From contig JAZNAU010000020.1 of the NCBI GenBank assembly GCA_045586685.1, positions 1 through 64,000 of the forward strand: DNA of 64,000 bases. Reading direction: 5' to 3'. A program made the position numbers and the translations under genes. Positions 61,890 to 64,000 of the stretch are shown here, piece after piece. The stretch comes from Clostridia bacterium (lineage in GTDB: Bacteria > Bacillota > Clostridia > HGM11514). Under the pieces are notes generated by a model, which had not been told where the DNA came from, made no database searches, and worked only from the letters and a program-made list of their open reading frames with translations. Every line of letters begins with the position of its first letter. Position 1 is the first letter of the stretch.

Positions 61890-62576
61890 ATGATTGGATT
61901 GATTGGCGCAATGCGCATTGAAGTAGAAGCATTGCAAAAGGAAATGATACAAAAAAAACAAGAGGTCATTAGCGGTATGACCTTTGTCAGCGGAATGTTA
62001 CACGGAAAAGAAGTTGTTGTTGCCGAAAGCGGTGTAGGAAAAGTATTTTCCGCTCTTTGTGCACAAACCATGATTTTACATTATAAAGTAACACAAATTA
62101 TAAACACCGGCGTTGGCGGAACATTGACAGATCAGCTGTCTATCGGACAGATTGCCATAGCAGATCAGGTGGTTCAGCATGATATGGATACCTCTCCTTT
62201 AGGCGATCCTGTGGGATTACTTTCCGGCATTAACATGGTAAAAGTCCCTTGCGACCCAGCCATTATACATTTACTGGAGAAAAGTGTAAAGAAAACGGGA
62301 ATTCCCTATGCAATCGGCACCATTGCCTCAGGGGATCAATTTATTCATTCCAATGAACAAAAAGAAAGAATTGTTTCTCTGTTTCAAGGAATTTCTTGCG
62401 AAATGGAAGGCGGAGCAATCGGTCACGCTTGCTACATTAACAAGATTCCCTTTGGGGTTCTTCGCGCAATTTCTGACGATGCAGACGGCAATTCTCCAAA
62501 AGACTTCCCTGCCTTTGTTGCAAAATCTGTTGAAGTTTCCCTGCAGGTAATCCGCAATTATTTACAATTTATCTAA
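61890..62576 (+). CDS. mtnN: 5'-methylthioadenosine/S-adenosylhomocysteine nucleosidase
   Basis: IGAM, SGVGKV, SGDQF, EMEG, RAISD. Confidence 0.93.
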   Translation: MIGLIGAMRIEVEALQKEMIQKKQEVISGMTFVSGMLHGKEVVVAESGVGKVFSALCAQTMILHYKVTQIINTGVGGTLTDQLSIGQIAIADQVVQHDMDTSPLGDPVGLLSGINMVKVPCDPAIIHLLEKSVKKTGIPYAIGTIASGDQFIHSNEQKERIVSLFQGISCEMEGGAIGHACYINKIPFGVLRAISDDADGNSPKDFPAFVAKSVEVSLQVIRNYLQFI

Positions 62577-62627
62577 TTGTGTATAAAAAACCTCAGCCTT
62601 TTTTATATTCTTCTGAATCTATATAGC

Positions 62628-62666
62628 AAAAGTCATAACCACCCGCAACCGATGGTTATGACTTTT
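62628..62666. terminator. Bidirectional terminator
   Basis: AAAAGTCATAACC..GGTTATGACTTTT. Confidence 0.75.
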
Positions 62667-62668
62667 CA

Positions 62669-64000
62669 TTATTGGGCAATTATGATTCTAACCCGCCCCC
62701 CCTCTGATTGGGGCTTATCATAGTACCCTGTTAAAGAATAGTTTCCATTTATGGCATCAGATAGTGTGATGCTTGTATAATTACTGTTATAGTCTTTTTG
62801 ATACACCCAAACGGTATCACTCATAAGATAAGTTTTTGAGCCCACCTGAAATTCCGTTAAGGTCACCTGATCTGCAGTACCCGAAATCGATTCCAACGAA
62901 TGCATGGTAATTACTTGACTTCCGCTCCTTAAAATTTTCGCCGGAACACCTGCATAAACCGAATATTCCTTTTGGGAGGAAAACATGGTTTCTTCTCCCT
63001 CAATCACACAAGTATAAGTTCCGCCAACTCCCCCTCCCTGAGAAGAGCTAGTTTTCGCAGTTTTTATCATCCCATAATCATACAAATCTCCCGTGACATC
63101 CAACAAAATCAGTTGTTCAATTTCTCCGTTTCCGTTCTTTTGTGCGTGAAGCACCTGACTGTTATACAGAGTAACACCATCTAATCTGCGGGGAAATGCG
63201 GTTTTGTACACGCTCGTTTCATCCGATGTCGTTGTGGAAACCTCTAAGATTGTCAAATCAGAAGATAATTTGTTGTTTCCCAACGTCCGCTCGTTCCAGT
63301 TTACTTTTCCCGAAACACTGCTTGAATTTAAACGGCTCACCGTAGCTTTCCCATTGGAAAACGTTACCTTAACAGGAGCATTGACGAGAGACTCGTAATC
63401 TTTCACTGCTGCATATTCATAGGTTTCACCTGTAGTCAACACAACAGAAACATAATGGTCTGTATAACTTTCCCCCGTACCGCCGTCGGTGAAATTCTTT
63501 GTTCCTGATTGAGTGACATAACCATATACCGTTGTATTCATTTTAGAAGGAGAAACCACATCCGCAACACCTCCGTTTTTTCCAAGCAGTAAAGTAACCG
63601 AATCCCCATAAGAATAACTTCCGCCGGTTGCCAGCTTTTTTAAACCATTGGTGCCCTCTATGGAATAGGTTTTGCCCGACACCGTAACTTGGGTCGGCAT
63701 ATCCTGATTGGGAGAAGCCCCTTCATAAACGCCAGTTACCTTGTTATTATAAGCCCACACCTGATTCAGTCCTTTGGAATAATACACAATATCATATGAG
63801 GACAGCTGATTTGCCTCAATCACCGCACCGTTTCTGGTAACGGAAGGATTCACAAGTCCCCAGGAATCCAAAAGGCTTGAACTCGAATAGGTAAATGGCC
63901 CTTCCATTTCCCCTGTCACAACCACACCGTAATCTAAAATCCCCAAAGAATTTTTATAAGTAGTTAACAAATCTCCCGCCTCTAAAGAAGACAGCATACT
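62669..64000 (-). CDS. 3' part of a large Ser/Thr/Gly/Tyr-rich protein (possible S-layer or cell-surface protein), truncated by the window edge
   Basis: Open frame of more than 440 codons running to the window end; composition typical of surface proteins. Confidence 0.55.
   Translation of the reverse strand, partial: SMLSSLEAGDLLTTYKNSLGILDYGVVVTGEMEGPFTYSSSSLLDSWGLVNPSVTRNGAVIEANQLSSYDIVYYSKGLNQVWAYNNKVTGVYEGASPNQDMPTQVTVSGKTYSIEGTNGLKKLATGGSYSYGDSVTLLLGKNGGVADVVSPSKMNTTVYGYVTQSGTKNFTDGGTGESYTDHYVSVVLTTGETYEYAAVKDYESLVNAPVKVTFSNGKATVSRLNSSSVSGKVNWNERTLGNNKLSSDLTILEVSTTTSDETSVYKTAFPRRLDGVTLYNSQVLHAQKNGNGEIEQLILLDVTGDLYDYGMIKTAKTSSSQGGGVGGTYTCVIEGEETMFSSQKEYSVYAGVPAKILRSGSQVITMHSLESISGTADQVTLTEFQVGSKTYLMSDTVWVYQKDYNSNYTSITLSDAINGNYSLTGYYDKPQSEGGRVRIIIAQ

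Overview
Chromosomal window from a low-GC Firmicute, most likely a spore-forming member of Clostridia (inferred from gene content and Clostridia-type ribosomal operon layout). Positions ~9.1-64 kb are mostly core genes: the complete S10-spc-alpha ribosomal protein cluster, pdxK, topB, rhaB, an ABC-F ATPase, radC, a Clp ATPase, six tRNAs, rdgB, carAB, an rnf operon, addAB and mtnN. Positions 1-9.1 kb, directly after the rplQ terminator, are a visibly AT-richer accessory island. All its genes lie on the minus strand and are split into compact blocks by 3 full and 1 partial copies of a ~150-185 bp structured repeat. The repeat shows compensatory base changes, and its G-U pairs favour folding of the minus strand. 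This looks like an integron-like gene cassette array, with no recombinase visible in the window. Other notable points are: a palindrome upstream of a KilA-N gene that mimics the protein's own coding motif; a Thg1-like polymerase paired with a kinase; a CarA lacking its catalytic Cys and Glu; an RnfD-RnfG fusion; four small unannotated spore-type peptides; and a REP-like hairpin mosaic after tRNA-Lys. All family assignments are by motif recognition, not database search.
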